64,000 bases of DNA from Gemmatimonadota bacterium (GTDB lineage Bacteria > Gemmatimonadota > Gemmatimonadetes > Longimicrobiales > Gaopeijiaceae), in NCBI GenBank assembly GCA_034521595.1, contig JAXHMG010000003.1, forward strand, positions 1,600,001 to 1,664,000, written 5' to 3'. This document shows positions 29,244 through 38,824 of the stretch, in pieces (the first letter of the stretch is position 1; every line of letters begins with the position of its first letter). The translations under genes and the position numbers were made by a program. The notes below the pieces were generated by a model. It was given only the letters and a program-made list of their open reading frames with translations, searched no databases and was not told where the DNA came from.

Positions 29244-29510
29244 ATGGCTAGACGCCCCCAGCTCCGACCGCTCGACCAGCCGAAGCCGGTCCACGTCCGC
29301 ACGGACGAGCGGGGGGATCCGGAGTTCGTACGACTGCCCGGAAGGACCGCGCGCACCGTCCTCCAGGTCCGCGAGCGCTGGCGGATCGACGACGAGTGGT
29401 GGCGCCGTCCGATCTCCCGTGCCTATTACGCGGTCGTGCTCGACGACGGACGCTTGCTCACCCTGTTCCACGACCTCGTGGAGGGTGCGTGGTATATGCA
29501 GAAGGGCTGA
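29244..29510 (+). CDS. Stand-alone ImuB C-terminal-like (DUF6504-like) protein
   Basis: RPLDQPKPV...WRIDDEWW...RAYY.V...DG...LF...W resembles the ImuB C-terminal pattern; immediately after imuB. Confidence 0.7.
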   Translation: MARRPQLRPLDQPKPVHVRTDERGDPEFVRLPGRTARTVLQVRERWRIDDEWWRRPISRAYYAVVLDDGRLLTLFHDLVEGAWYMQKG

Positions 29511-29541
29511 CCCCTCCCCCAACCGGTCCGACGGGGGTCGA

Positions 29542-29703
29542 CGAGGCGTGCCGCGCGAGGGGTTGGACGCGCAGCGTCCAAGCGAAGCGCCCTCCACCCT
29601 ACCCGGTAGAGCGGCGAGGACGCGAGGCATGCCGAGTGAGGGGTTGGACGCGCAGCGTCCAAGCGAAGCGCCCCGAACGAGGTATGCCCCGAGCCCTCGC
29701 CGC
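29542..29703. repeat. REP-like palindromic repeat, two copies
   Basis: 51-bp near-identical copies at 29542-29592 and 29623-29673, each with the TTGGACGC-GCA-GCGTCCAA hairpin; between convergent genes. Confidence 0.8.
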
Positions 29704-29704
29704 C

Positions 29705-30109
29705 TCACCCCACATGCACCACGCACCCCCGCACCGACCCCCGCCTCCGGTGCTCCCACAAGTACACGCCCTGCCACGTCCCGAGCGCCAACCTTCCGCG
29801 CTCGAACGGAACCGAGAGGGTGGTCGCGGTGAGCGCCGCCCGAATGTGCGACGGCATGTCGTCCGGACCCTCGACGGTATGGGTGAAATGCGGATCACCT
29901 TCCGGCACGTGGCGCTCGAGCCAGTCCTCGAGGTCCCGGCGGGCGGAGGGGTCGGCGTTCTCCTGGATCGTGAGGCTCGCCGACGTATGTCGGATCATGA
30001 CGGTACAGAGCCCTTCGTCGAGCCCGCTCCCACCCACGACGGCCTGCACCTCGTCCGTGATCTCGTGGAGCCCCTTGCCCTCCGTGCGCACCTCGACGTG
30101 ACGGATCAT
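29705..30109 (-). CDS. yjbQ: YjbQ family protein (UPF0047)
   Basis: HTSASLTIQENADP, EGPDDMPSHI, LGTWQGVYLWEHR. Confidence 0.92.
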   Translation of the reverse strand: MIRHVEVRTEGKGLHEITDEVQAVVGGSGLDEGLCTVMIRHTSASLTIQENADPSARRDLEDWLERHVPEGDPHFTHTVEGPDDMPSHIRAALTATTLSVPFERGRLALGTWQGVYLWEHRRRGSVRGCVVHVG

Positions 30110-30113
30110 CGAC

Positions 30114-30938
30114 TCACTCCAGAAACAGGTCCGGCAGGAGCGACTTTCCGGGCTCCACCGCGTACGGCTCGAGATCTTCGATCCCCTCCTCGCGGAGCAC
30201 CTCGTCATCGATGAAGAAATGGCCCGTGGCTTCGTCCGCGGACCGGCTCAAGATGGCATGCGCCGCGTCGGCCATGATCTCCGGCTTGCGGCACCGGCTC
30301 ACGTCGACTCCGGGCATTAGGTTGAGCGCGGCAGTATGGATAATGGTCCGCGGCCAGAGCGCGTTCACGCCGATGCCGTCCTCACGGAACTCCTCGGCCA
30401 TCCCGAGCACGCACATCGACATCCCGTACTTGGCCATGGTGTACCCCAGGTGGGCCGCGAACCAACGCGCGTCGAGGTTGAGGGGCGGAGCGAGCGTCAG
30501 AATATGAGGGTTGTCCGACTGTCGAAGGTGTGGAATCGCTACCTGCGAGCAGAGGAACGTACCCCGCGCATTGACCTCGTGCATCAGATCGAAACGCTTC
30601 ATGGCCGTTTCGAGCGTCGGAGTCAGGCTGATGGCCGAGGCGTTGTTGACCAGGATGTCCAAGCCTCCGAACCGCGCCACGGTCGCCTCGACCGCCCGCT
30701 CGACCTCCACCTCGTTTCGGATGTCACACTGGACGGGGAGCGCATGCCCACCGGCGGACTCGATCTCCTCGGCGGCCGTGTAGATCGTGCCCGGCAGCTT
30801 GGGATGAGGCTCCACGGTCTTCGCGGCGATCGCCACGTTGGCCCCGTCCGCCGCCGCCCTCTTGGCGATCGCGAGTCCGATTCCCCGGGATCCACCGGTG
30901 ATGAAAAGGGTCTTGCCGGAAAGCGTCTCTGTCGTCAT
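30114..30938 (-). CDS. Short-chain dehydrogenase (HSDL2-like)
   Basis: TGGSRGIG, HPKLPGTIY, NNASAI, YTMAKYGMS. Confidence 0.9.
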   Translation of the reverse strand: MTTETLSGKTLFITGGSRGIGLAIAKRAAADGANVAIAAKTVEPHPKLPGTIYTAAEEIESAGGHALPVQCDIRNEVEVERAVEATVARFGGLDILVNNASAISLTPTLETAMKRFDLMHEVNARGTFLCSQVAIPHLRQSDNPHILTLAPPLNLDARWFAAHLGYTMAKYGMSMCVLGMAEEFREDGIGVNALWPRTIIHTAALNLMPGVDVSRCRKPEIMADAAHAILSRSADEATGHFFIDDEVLREEGIEDLEPYAVEPGKSLLPDLFLE

Positions 30939-31060
30939 CTGAGCCGAAGCCTCGTGGAAGTCGTGGGGGTGGAACTGTCGCACGCTACCCAAGCGCACGA
31001 GCGCGCGCGAGGGGCCCGACGAGCGCCGGCCTCACGCCACCGTGCATCGCTGCGCCCCAC

Positions 31061-31090
31061 TTGCGATCGTCGGAGCGGGACCCGTAGAAT
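31061..31090 (+). promoter_or_regulatory. Putative sigma70 promoter of the nor operon
   Basis: TTGCGA-N18-TAGAAT. Confidence 0.5.
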
Positions 31091-31144
31091 GGCCGCGAGT
31101 CGGCCGCTTGTCGGCTGGCGCCCCTTGAACGAGGAGGTCCGTCG

Positions 31145-31291
31145 ATGCCCGCCCTCCGTGATGTGAACGACGCCGCGCGCGTCTATGGTCCCGCCCGCGC
31201 CATCGGTTGGATCACCATCGCCCTGATGCTCCTCACCGTGCTGTACTCGATCCGCATCGTGGTGGAGAACTGGTCCGAGATCGGAGTCTGA
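31145..31291 (+). CDS. 48-aa single-TM protein leading the nor operon (below the ORF track cut-off)
   Basis: GAGGAGG RBS, then MPALRDVNDAARVYGPARAIGWITIALMLLTVLYSIRIVVENWSEIGV*; stop is 1 nt before the norC GTG. Confidence 0.75.
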   Translation: MPALRDVNDAARVYGPARAIGWITIALMLLTVLYSIRIVVENWSEIGV

Positions 31292-31292
31292 C

Positions 31293-32108
31293 GTGACCAA
31301 ACGACAGACTCGCCTGTTCTTCATCGTGGGCACGGGGCTCTTCGCGCTCATCTTCATCGCGCTGACCATCGACAGCCACCGGCAGTTCCCCGAGCTCACG
31401 AACGCGCACCTCATCACAGAGGACGTGACCGAGGGCAAGCACGTCTGGCATGAGAAAAACTGCATCAACTGCCATACCCTGCTCGGCGAGGGAGCCTACT
31501 TCGCGCCGGACCTGACCAAGATCACCGAGTTGCGCGGGGAGGCCTACCTGACGGCGTTCATGCAGGATCCGTCCCAGTTCTACTCCGATGAGGAACATCG
31601 CCGGCTCATGCCGGATCCCGAGCTCGACAGCACGCAGATCGCTCAGGTGATCGCGTTCCTGGACTGGGTCTCGCAGATCGACAACCAGGGTTGGCCGCCC
31701 CGTCCCATCCTCGTGACGGGAAGCGCCGTGCCGGGTGCCTCCATGGGACGACGCGCTACCGGTTCCGCTTCCGACGACCCGATCTCCGTGGGTCAGGACG
31801 TGTTCCATAGACCCAATCCAGGCTGCTTCTCCTGTCACTCGACCGCCCCCGGCGTGGCCATGGTCGGCCCGTCAATGGCGGGCCTGGTCGAGCGGGCGGA
31901 GGAAATCGTTTCGAGCCCCGACTACACGGGCTCGGCCACCGACGTCGAAGGCTACATCCGGGAGTCCATCGTGGAGCCCAACGCCCATATCGTTCCGGGC
32001 CCGACGTTCTCGGATGGAGGTCAGTCGTTCATGCCGGGCACCGCCGAAGATCTCCTGAGTCCCGAGGAGATCGACCATCTGGTCGCCTACCTCACGACCC
32101 TCCGCTGA
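31293..32108 (+). CDS. norC: Nitric oxide reductase cytochrome c subunit, di-haem variant
   Basis: N-terminal TM, CINCHTLLGEGAYFAPDL (NorC signature), second CFSCH...FMP domain. Confidence 0.9.
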   Translation: MTKRQTRLFFIVGTGLFALIFIALTIDSHRQFPELTNAHLITEDVTEGKHVWHEKNCINCHTLLGEGAYFAPDLTKITELRGEAYLTAFMQDPSQFYSDEEHRRLMPDPELDSTQIAQVIAFLDWVSQIDNQGWPPRPILVTGSAVPGASMGRRATGSASDDPISVGQDVFHRPNPGCFSCHSTAPGVAMVGPSMAGLVERAEEIVSSPDYTGSATDVEGYIRESIVEPNAHIVPGPTFSDGGQSFMPGTAEDLLSPEEIDHLVAYLTTLR

Positions 32109-32122
32109 CACGGGCCGCCGCC

Positions 32123-33487
32123 ATGCGCTTTCGCTCCCAGTTCATCGCGTACCCTTATTTCGCGGTCGCGCTGATCCTCTTCGGGCTCCAGATGGTGTTC
32201 GGGATCCTGCTCGCGGTGAAATACCTCGGGCCCGACCCGATGATCTCGTGGATGCCGTTCAACACGGCCAAGGCGATCCACACGAACCTTCTGATCGTGT
32301 GGGTCCTGGCGGGCTTCATGGGCGCCGCGTACTACGTCGTGCCCGAGGAGTCACGGACGGAGATCTACAGCGTCAAGCTGGCCTACATCCAGCTCATCGC
32401 GTGGACGCTGATGGGGCTCACCGCGGTCATCGGGTACATGTTCGAGTGGACGGCCGGGAACAAGTTTCTCGAGCAACCGTTCCCGCTCAAGATCGTGATC
32501 GTGATCGTCATGCTGATGTTCCTCTTCAACATCGGGATGACCATCTACAAGGCGGGCCGGTGGACGACGACGGAGGCCGTGCTCGTGGCGGGTCTGGCGC
32601 TGGCGGCCATTCTCTACTTGCCGGCCCTGATCACCTACAACAACTACACCGTCAGCATCTTCTACCGCTGGTGGACCATCCACCTCTGGGTCGAGGGCGT
32701 GTGGGAGATGATCCAGGCCGGCCTGTTGGCGTATCTACTCATCCGGCTCTCCGGCGCCGACCGCGAGATGATGGAGAAGTGGCTCTACGTCATCGTCGGG
32801 CTCGTCTTCATCGCCGGGATCCTGGGCACGGCGCACCACTACTACTGGATCGGAGTCCCGGCCTACTGGCTGCCGGTGGGCGGCATCTTCAGCGCGCTCG
32901 AGCCCCTGGCGCTCTTCGGCATGGCCATGTACGCGTACTACGCCATGCGACGGTCGGGCTTCAACCATCCGAACCAGCTCGCGCTCCACTGGACCATCGG
33001 CAGCGCGATCTTCACGGCGTTCGGCGCAGGGCTGCTCGGTCTCGCCCACACGTGGCCCGCCGTGAACAAGTGGACGCACGGCACGCTCATCACTCCGATG
33101 CACGGCCACTCGGCCTTCTTCGGGGCCTACGTGATGATCGTGCTGGCGATCGTGACCTACGCGAAGCCCCACCTGATGGGACGCAAGAGCGAGGAGGCGG
33201 AGACCAGCCTGGGAATGTGGGCATTCTGGCTGCAGGTGGGCGGGATGTTCGGGATGACGCTCGCCTTCGCGACGGCCGGCATCACGCAGACCTACCTGGA
33301 GCGGGTGCTCGGGCTCGGGTATCTCGAGACCCAGTACAAGATCCAGCCGCATTTCCTCATGCTGGTCGGCACGGGCATTATCTTCACCGCGGGCGTCGCG
33401 GCCTTCATCGTCGATTTCTTCCAAGACCGGCCCGTCCCGCCGAGCGGGGAAGCAGCCACCTCCGGAGGTGAGCCGGAGGCGTCGTGA
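32123..33487 (+). CDS. norB: Nitric oxide reductase large subunit (cNOR)
   Basis: [41 protein letters not shown]. Confidence 0.95.
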   Translation: MRFRSQFIAYPYFAVALILFGLQMVFGILLAVKYLGPDPMISWMPFNTAKAIHTNLLIVWVLAGFMGAAYYVVPEESRTEIYSVKLAYIQLIAWTLMGLTAVIGYMFEWTAGNKFLEQPFPLKIVIVIVMLMFLFNIGMTIYKAGRWTTTEAVLVAGLALAAILYLPALITYNNYTVSIFYRWWTIHLWVEGVWEMIQAGLLAYLLIRLSGADREMMEKWLYVIVGLVFIAGILGTAHHYYWIGVPAYWLPVGGIFSALEPLALFGMAMYAYYAMRRSGFNHPNQLALHWTIGSAIFTAFGAGLLGLAHTWPAVNKWTHGTLITPMHGHSAFFGAYVMIVLAIVTYAKPHLMGRKSEEAETSLGMWAFWLQVGGMFGMTLAFATAGITQTYLERVLGLGYLETQYKIQPHFLMLVGTGIIFTAGVAAFIVDFFQDRPVPPSGEAATSGGEPEAS

Positions 33488-34320
33488 GCATGTCGGTGAA
33501 GGAGCCTCCGGCCGAGCCGTCGTTCGGAGGGCTGCGCACCCCGGTGGAGGAGCCGTTCTACCTGCCGGCGGGCAACGAGGTGGATGTTTTCGAGATGTGC
33601 CACCACCGCAACCTCGCCGTCATGCTGAAGGGACCCACGGGGTGCGGGAAGACGCGGTTCGTCGAGCACATGGCCTGGCGGCTCGGCCGGCCCCTCGTGA
33701 CCGTCGCCTGCCACGACGACCTCTCGGCGAGCGATCTCACGGGGCGTTACCTCATCCGGGGCGGCGAGACGATCTGGCAGGACGGACCGCTGGCACTCGC
33801 GGCGCGTCACGGCGCGATCTGCTATCTGGACGAGGTGGTGGAGGCCCGGCAGGACACCGTGGTCGTGATCCATCCGCTCACCGACGACCGCCGCATCCTC
33901 CCGGTCGACAAAGCCGGCGAGCTCATCGAAGCGGCGGACGGGTTCCAGCTCGTCGTTTCGTACAATCCGGGCTACCAGCACGTGCTCAAGGACCTCAAGC
34001 CCAGCACCCGCCAGCGGTTCGTCGCCTTGGAGTTCGACTTCCCGACATCCGATCACGAGATCGACATCGTGACGCACGAAGCGGGCGTGGAGCGCTCGAC
34101 CGCCACGGAGCTCGTGATGCTCGCCGGACGCCTGCGAAACTTGCGGGACCGAGGGCTCGCCGAGGTCCCGAGCACGCGTCTCCTCGTGGCGACCGGCCGG
34201 CTGATTTCGAGTGGGCTCACACCCCGGGCAGCCTGCGAGGTCGCCCTGATGACGCCGCTCACGGACGATCCCGACCTCCTCGCCGCGATTCGGGACCTGC
34301 TGACGGCCTCCTTCGCCTGA
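33484..34320 (+). CDS. norQ: NorQ/CbbQ/NirQ AAA+ ATPase
   Basis: [32 protein letters not shown]...KPSTRQRF. Confidence 0.95.
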   Translation: MSMSVKEPPAEPSFGGLRTPVEEPFYLPAGNEVDVFEMCHHRNLAVMLKGPTGCGKTRFVEHMAWRLGRPLVTVACHDDLSASDLTGRYLIRGGETIWQDGPLALAARHGAICYLDEVVEARQDTVVVIHPLTDDRRILPVDKAGELIEAADGFQLVVSYNPGYQHVLKDLKPSTRQRFVALEFDFPTSDHEIDIVTHEAGVERSTATELVMLAGRLRNLRDRGLAEVPSTRLLVATGRLISSGLTPRAACEVALMTPLTDDPDLLAAIRDLLTASFA

Positions 34321-34341
34321 CGAGGCGGAGCGCGCGAGCCG

Positions 34342-36372
34342 ATGTCGGAGCCGGAAGAGGTCATCCTCGACGGAGCACACCACGCCACGACGACGTTGGC
34401 GGCGCTGTGGCACCGGCGGTCAGGTGCGGCGGGGCCGGCGGAGCTGCACTTGGCCGAAGTCCGCGGCCGGCTCGAGCTCCTGACGCGAGCGGTGTTCGAG
34501 CATCCGCCCCCCATCGGGGTGGCCGAGCCTCCCTCGATCCCCAACTGGTTCGGACGAATCGCCAAGCGGATTCCGAAGCATCTCGTGCGACGCCATGCCG
34601 TGGCGTCCACGGACGGAGCACGGGTGCGCCTCCCCGGGACGCTGGACGCGACGGCGGGCTGGGACGCGGCCTTCACGCGCTACCGGATCTTGGCCGTCGG
34701 ACTCAGCGCGAAGGCCACCCGCGGCACGGCGGACCTTCTCGGCTCCGTCGAGGACCCGCTGACCCGTGACCTCTACCTGCTCAGCGAAGCCGCCGCGGTG
34801 GATGCGTGGATCGTGACCGATCTTCCGGGGCTTTGGGCGGATGTCACTGCCACGAAGGCGACAGCTCTCGGACGCCGGCCAACGACGGACGTCCTCACCC
34901 CGGCCGAGCGACGCCTGGAGGAGCTCCTGAGGACCGTGCTCGGAGGGGACGCCGGGGACGACACCGGGCCGGTGCCCCTGAACGCCACGCCCCGAGACTC
35001 CCTCACCTGGGCGCACACCACACGCCAGGCCTTTCTGCGTGACGCCTCCGGCGGCGACATCCGCTACCGAGGCCTTCCTCCCGTGGATGGATGGGGCACG
35101 GTCCACGCTCGCCCTCGGAGCTCGGAACGGGCGCCACCGGACGGAGGGACGGACGAGGGGCCCGAGCCGCTCGACGGAACAAGGGTGCGTACCCTCGTGC
35201 GCCGTCCACGGGTGCGCCACGCACCGGAGGACGAAGACGACGACGAGGTCGGGATGTGGATGGTGCAGATCGACGATCCCCAGGAATCCGTCGAGGACCC
35301 CATGGGGCTCCAACGCCCGACCGACCGGGACGACGAAGCGGATCCGGGTGAGCTCGCGGATTCGCTTTCCGAGCTCCCGGAAGCTCGCCTCGTCCCGCTT
35401 CCCGGCAGACCGAACGAGGTCCTCGCGAGCGAAGATCCGCCCGATCGGAACGCCACGGTGGTCGCTGCCGAGGCGGCCCCCGTCGGCATCGCCTATCCCG
35501 AGTGGGACTGGCGCACCGAACGGTACCGCCCGAAGCACGCGGTGGTGCGGGAGCGCGAGGCCCCCGCGGGCGACATCACCTGGGTCGAGCAGGCGCTGAA
35601 GCGGTACGCCCGGGAAGTGCGTCGGGTCCGCCGCCAGTTCGAGCGGCTGCGACCTCAGCGGGTCCGCCTGGGACGGCAGCCCGACGGACCGGACATCGAC
35701 CTCGGCGCGTACGTCACCGCGTACGCCGACCAGAAGGCCGGACACGCGGTGGACGATCGGCTCTACGAGCAGATTCTACCGGCCCGACGAGACCTCTCCA
35801 TTCTGTTGCTCGTGGACGTGAGCGGCTCGACCGACTCCTGGGTCGCCGACACGCGCCGCATCATCGACGTCGAGAAAGAGGCCTTGCTCCTCGTGTGCGA
35901 AGCGCTCGACGCACTCGGCGATGGATACGCGGTCATGGGCTTCTCGGGTGAAGGGCCACGTGGCGTCTCTGCGTACACGGTGAAGAGGTTCGCCGAACGG
36001 AACGGCCCCCTTGTGCGCCAACGCATCGCCGCGCTCGAGCCCGACCGCTTCACACGCGCCGGAGCCGCCATTCGACACGCGACCGCGGCGTTGACGGCCC
36101 GCTCCACCCGTCACCGGCTGCTCCTCGTCCTCTCGGACGGCAAGCCCAACGACATCGACCTCTACGAAGGTCGCTACGGGGTCGAGGACACGCGCCAAGC
36201 CGTAGCGGAGGCCCGCCTCGAAGGCATCGAAGCGTTCTGCGTGACGGTCGACCGACAAGCCCCCGTGTACCTCTCGCGAATCTTCGGCCCCTCGGGGTAC
36301 GCGGTTCTCCGGCATGCCGCGACGCTTCCCGGAGTGCTCGTGGACGTGGTGCGGATGCTGCTCCGGAGCTGA
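34342..36372 (+). CDS. norD: NorD VWA-domain activation protein
   Basis: YPEWD, DVSGST MIDAS, TRAGAAIRHA, SDGKPND.D.YEGRYGVEDTR. Confidence 0.93.
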   Translation: MSEPEEVILDGAHHATTTLAALWHRRSGAAGPAELHLAEVRGRLELLTRAVFEHPPPIGVAEPPSIPNWFGRIAKRIPKHLVRRHAVASTDGARVRLPGTLDATAGWDAAFTRYRILAVGLSAKATRGTADLLGSVEDPLTRDLYLLSEAAAVDAWIVTDLPGLWADVTATKATALGRRPTTDVLTPAERRLEELLRTVLGGDAGDDTGPVPLNATPRDSLTWAHTTRQAFLRDASGGDIRYRGLPPVDGWGTVHARPRSSERAPPDGGTDEGPEPLDGTRVRTLVRRPRVRHAPEDEDDDEVGMWMVQIDDPQESVEDPMGLQRPTDRDDEADPGELADSLSELPEARLVPLPGRPNEVLASEDPPDRNATVVAAEAAPVGIAYPEWDWRTERYRPKHAVVREREAPAGDITWVEQALKRYAREVRRVRRQFERLRPQRVRLGRQPDGPDIDLGAYVTAYADQKAGHAVDDRLYEQILPARRDLSILLLVDVSGSTDSWVADTRRIIDVEKEALLLVCEALDALGDGYAVMGFSGEGPRGVSAYTVKRFAERNGPLVRQRIAALEPDRFTRAGAAIRHATAALTARSTRHRLLLVLSDGKPNDIDLYEGRYGVEDTRQAVAEARLEGIEAFCVTVDRQAPVYLSRIFGPSGYAVLRHAATLPGVLVDVVRMLLRS

Positions 36373-36461
36373 GGCGGGGCGCGCATAAAAGCATCCAGCT
36401 TCTTACATTTCCCGATGCTCGCCTTGACCCGACGTTTCCCCTCTCCTCGAGGAGGCACACC

Positions 36462-36953
36462 ATGGACAAGCCCATCCAGGACGCCATCAACGAACAGATC
36501 GCCGCGGAGCTCCATTCTTCGTACCTGTACCTGGCGATGTCCGCGCACTTCATGGAGCAGAACTACAACGGCTTCGGCCAATGGATGCGGGCCCAGGCCG
36601 AAGAGGAGCTTCAGCACGCGATGCGGCTCTACGAGTATCTCCTCGACCGGGGCGGGCACGTGAAGCTGGGCGCCGTCCAGGCTCCCCCGGAGGAGTTCGG
36701 GACACCGCTCGAGATCTTCGAGGCGACGCTCGCACACGAGCGTGAAGTCACAGCCAGCATCCACGCCATCTACGAGTTGGCGCGGGAGCACAAGGACTTC
36801 GCCACCGAGATCGAGCTCCAGTGGTTCGTGACCGAGCAGGTCGAGGAAGAAGACACCACCGAGTTGGCGGTCGAGCAATTGGCTCGCGCCGGGTCGGACG
36901 TCTCGGCGCTGCTGATGCTCGACCGCCAGTTCGGACAGCGTGAAGGCTCCTAG
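36462..36953 (+). CDS. ftnA: Ferritin
   Basis: AINEQI..ELHSSYLYLAMS, QAEEELQHA, HE..VT, LQWFVTEQVEEE. Confidence 0.93.
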   Translation: MDKPIQDAINEQIAAELHSSYLYLAMSAHFMEQNYNGFGQWMRAQAEEELQHAMRLYEYLLDRGGHVKLGAVQAPPEEFGTPLEIFEATLAHEREVTASIHAIYELAREHKDFATEIELQWFVTEQVEEEDTTELAVEQLARAGSDVSALLMLDRQFGQREGS

Positions 36954-36962
36954 CAGCCCCCG

Positions 36963-37664
36963 ATGCCCTCCGCGTGCGTCCCCCGCATCACCCGAGCCGA
37001 GCCGCTCGGGACCCGCGGGCTCCGCGTCCGGGTCCACCTCGATCGGGGGGAAGCGTTCGAGGTGGCGCTGGAGGCCGTGGAGCGCACGGGCCTCGGCGTC
37101 GGCGACGACCTCCCCCCGGCGCGACATCGCGAGCTCCTGGACGTCGACGCCGACGTCCGCATCCGTGAGGCGGCGCTCAACCTCATCTCCTACAGGGCTC
37201 GAGGCCGGGTCGAGTTGGAGCGGAAGCTGCGGCGAAAGGGCTTCGGCCCGGAACGAGTGGAGGGGTGTGTAGCCCGGCTCGAGGAGCGCGGTCTCGTCGA
37301 CGACGCAGCCGTCGCGGCCGCCTTCGTACGGGACCGGCTCCGTCACCGACCGAAAGGACGGGTTCAACTCACTTCCGAGCTCCGGGCGAAGGGAATCGCC
37401 GCTGAAACCGCCGAGGACGTGGTGCACGAGGTCTTCGAGGCGGAAGAAACCACCGACAGCGTACTCGCCGCGGAAGTGGCCGAAGGTTGGGTGGCGCGTC
37501 AGAACCCGGACTTGCTGAGATCGCTCGTGGACGAGGAGTGGACACGAGACCGGGAGCGGGCTGAGCGCCGCCTGCGAAGCTACCTCGGCCGACGAGGCTT
37601 CCGCGGCGACGCGCTTCGGTTGGGCCTGGAGCGAGCGCGGGAGGCGGCCGAAGAGCGCGCCTGA
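36963..37664 (+). CDS. recX: Recombination regulator RecX
   Basis: ALNLISYRAR...EL.RKLRRKG, GLVDD..A, ELRAKGI, YLGRRGF. Confidence 0.88.
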   Translation: MPSACVPRITRAEPLGTRGLRVRVHLDRGEAFEVALEAVERTGLGVGDDLPPARHRELLDVDADVRIREAALNLISYRARGRVELERKLRRKGFGPERVEGCVARLEERGLVDDAAVAAAFVRDRLRHRPKGRVQLTSELRAKGIAAETAEDVVHEVFEAEETTDSVLAAEVAEGWVARQNPDLLRSLVDEEWTRDRERAERRLRSYLGRRGFRGDALRLGLERAREAAEERA

Positions 37665-37685
37665 GCCGCATCCTACTACGAGCTG

Positions 37686-38813
37686 CTACCCCAAGAGCGC
37701 CAGAAACACGCCGGCGGTCACGGCCGATCCGACGACTCCGGCCACGTTGGGGCCCATCGCCGGCATGAGCGGATTCACCCGCCCGTCGGTTTCCCCGGAA
37801 ACGAACTGCTGGACGACCCGGGCCGACATGGGGACGGCAGAGACGCCGGCCGCACCGATGCAGGGGTTGATCCGCCGCCCATCCGGAAGCAGGACGTTGA
37901 GTAACTTGGCGAGAAGGATCCCGCCGGCGGTGCTGAAGGCGAACGCGACGGCACCGAGTGCGAGGATCATGAGGGTTTGAACGGTCAGAAAGTTCTCGGC
38001 CCCCATCGTCCCGCCCACCACCAGGCCGAGGAGGATCGTGACGATGTCGATCATGGGCCCGCCCGCGGTCTTCTTGAGCCGCTCGGTCACTCCGGATTCC
38101 CGGATCAGGTTCCCGAACATGAGAAGCCCGAGCAACGGAGCGCTCGAGGGCACGGCGAGCGATGCGACGATCCCTGTCACGACAGGAAATAGAATGACCG
38201 TGGCCTTCGACACCGGCCGCGCTTGGGGCATGTCGATGGCACGCTCCGCTTTCGTCGTCAGACCGCGCATGATGGGCGGCTGAATGATCGGGACCAACGA
38301 CATGTAGCTGTATGCCGCCACGGCCACCGGGCCGAGGAGGTGGGGCGCGAGTTGGATGGTGATGAAGATGGAAGTGGGGCCGTCGGCCCCGCCGATGATC
38401 CCGATCGACGCGGCCTCCTGGACCGAGAAGCCGAAGAGGTGGAACGCGGAGAGCGCGGCCACGAAGATCCCGACCTGGGCCGCCGCTCCCAACAGGAAGG
38501 TGAGCGGACGGGCCAGCAGGGGCCTGAAGTCGGTGAGGACGCCGACGCCCAAGAAGATCAAGGGCGGGAGCAACTCCGTACGGATCCCGGCGTCGTAGAT
38601 GACGCCCATGATGCCGTCCGCGTACGAGCCCATCTCGGCCTCGGGCAGGTTCGCCAAGACCGCCCCGAAGCCGATCGGGATCAGGAGGAGCGGCTCGTAG
38701 TTTCGGGTCACGGCCAGATAGATGAGGATTCCGGCCACAGCGAACATGGCGAGATTGCCGAACGTGATGCCCGCCAGCCCCGACTGAGCGAAAAGCTCGA
38801 ACAGGATCTCCAT
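37686..38813 (-). CDS. oadB: Na+-translocating decarboxylase beta subunit
   Basis: YEPLLLIPIGFG, IGIIGGADGPT, AAYSYMSLVP, SAVPMSAR, AMGPNVAG. Confidence 0.93.
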   Translation of the reverse strand: MEILFELFAQSGLAGITFGNLAMFAVAGILIYLAVTRNYEPLLLIPIGFGAVLANLPEAEMGSYADGIMGVIYDAGIRTELLPPLIFLGVGVLTDFRPLLARPLTFLLGAAAQVGIFVAALSAFHLFGFSVQEAASIGIIGGADGPTSIFITIQLAPHLLGPVAVAAYSYMSLVPIIQPPIMRGLTTKAERAIDMPQARPVSKATVILFPVVTGIVASLAVPSSAPLLGLLMFGNLIRESGVTERLKKTAGGPMIDIVTILLGLVVGGTMGAENFLTVQTLMILALGAVAFAFSTAGGILLAKLLNVLLPDGRRINPCIGAAGVSAVPMSARVVQQFVSGETDGRVNPLMPAMGPNVAGVVGSAVTAGVFLALLG

Positions 38814-38824
38814 CCGGAGCGCTT

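Noticed and set aside
29542-29673. CRISPR-like repeat-spacer-repeat
   Set aside because: Only two copies, 51 bp long, nested in a larger palindrome, and no cas genes in the window
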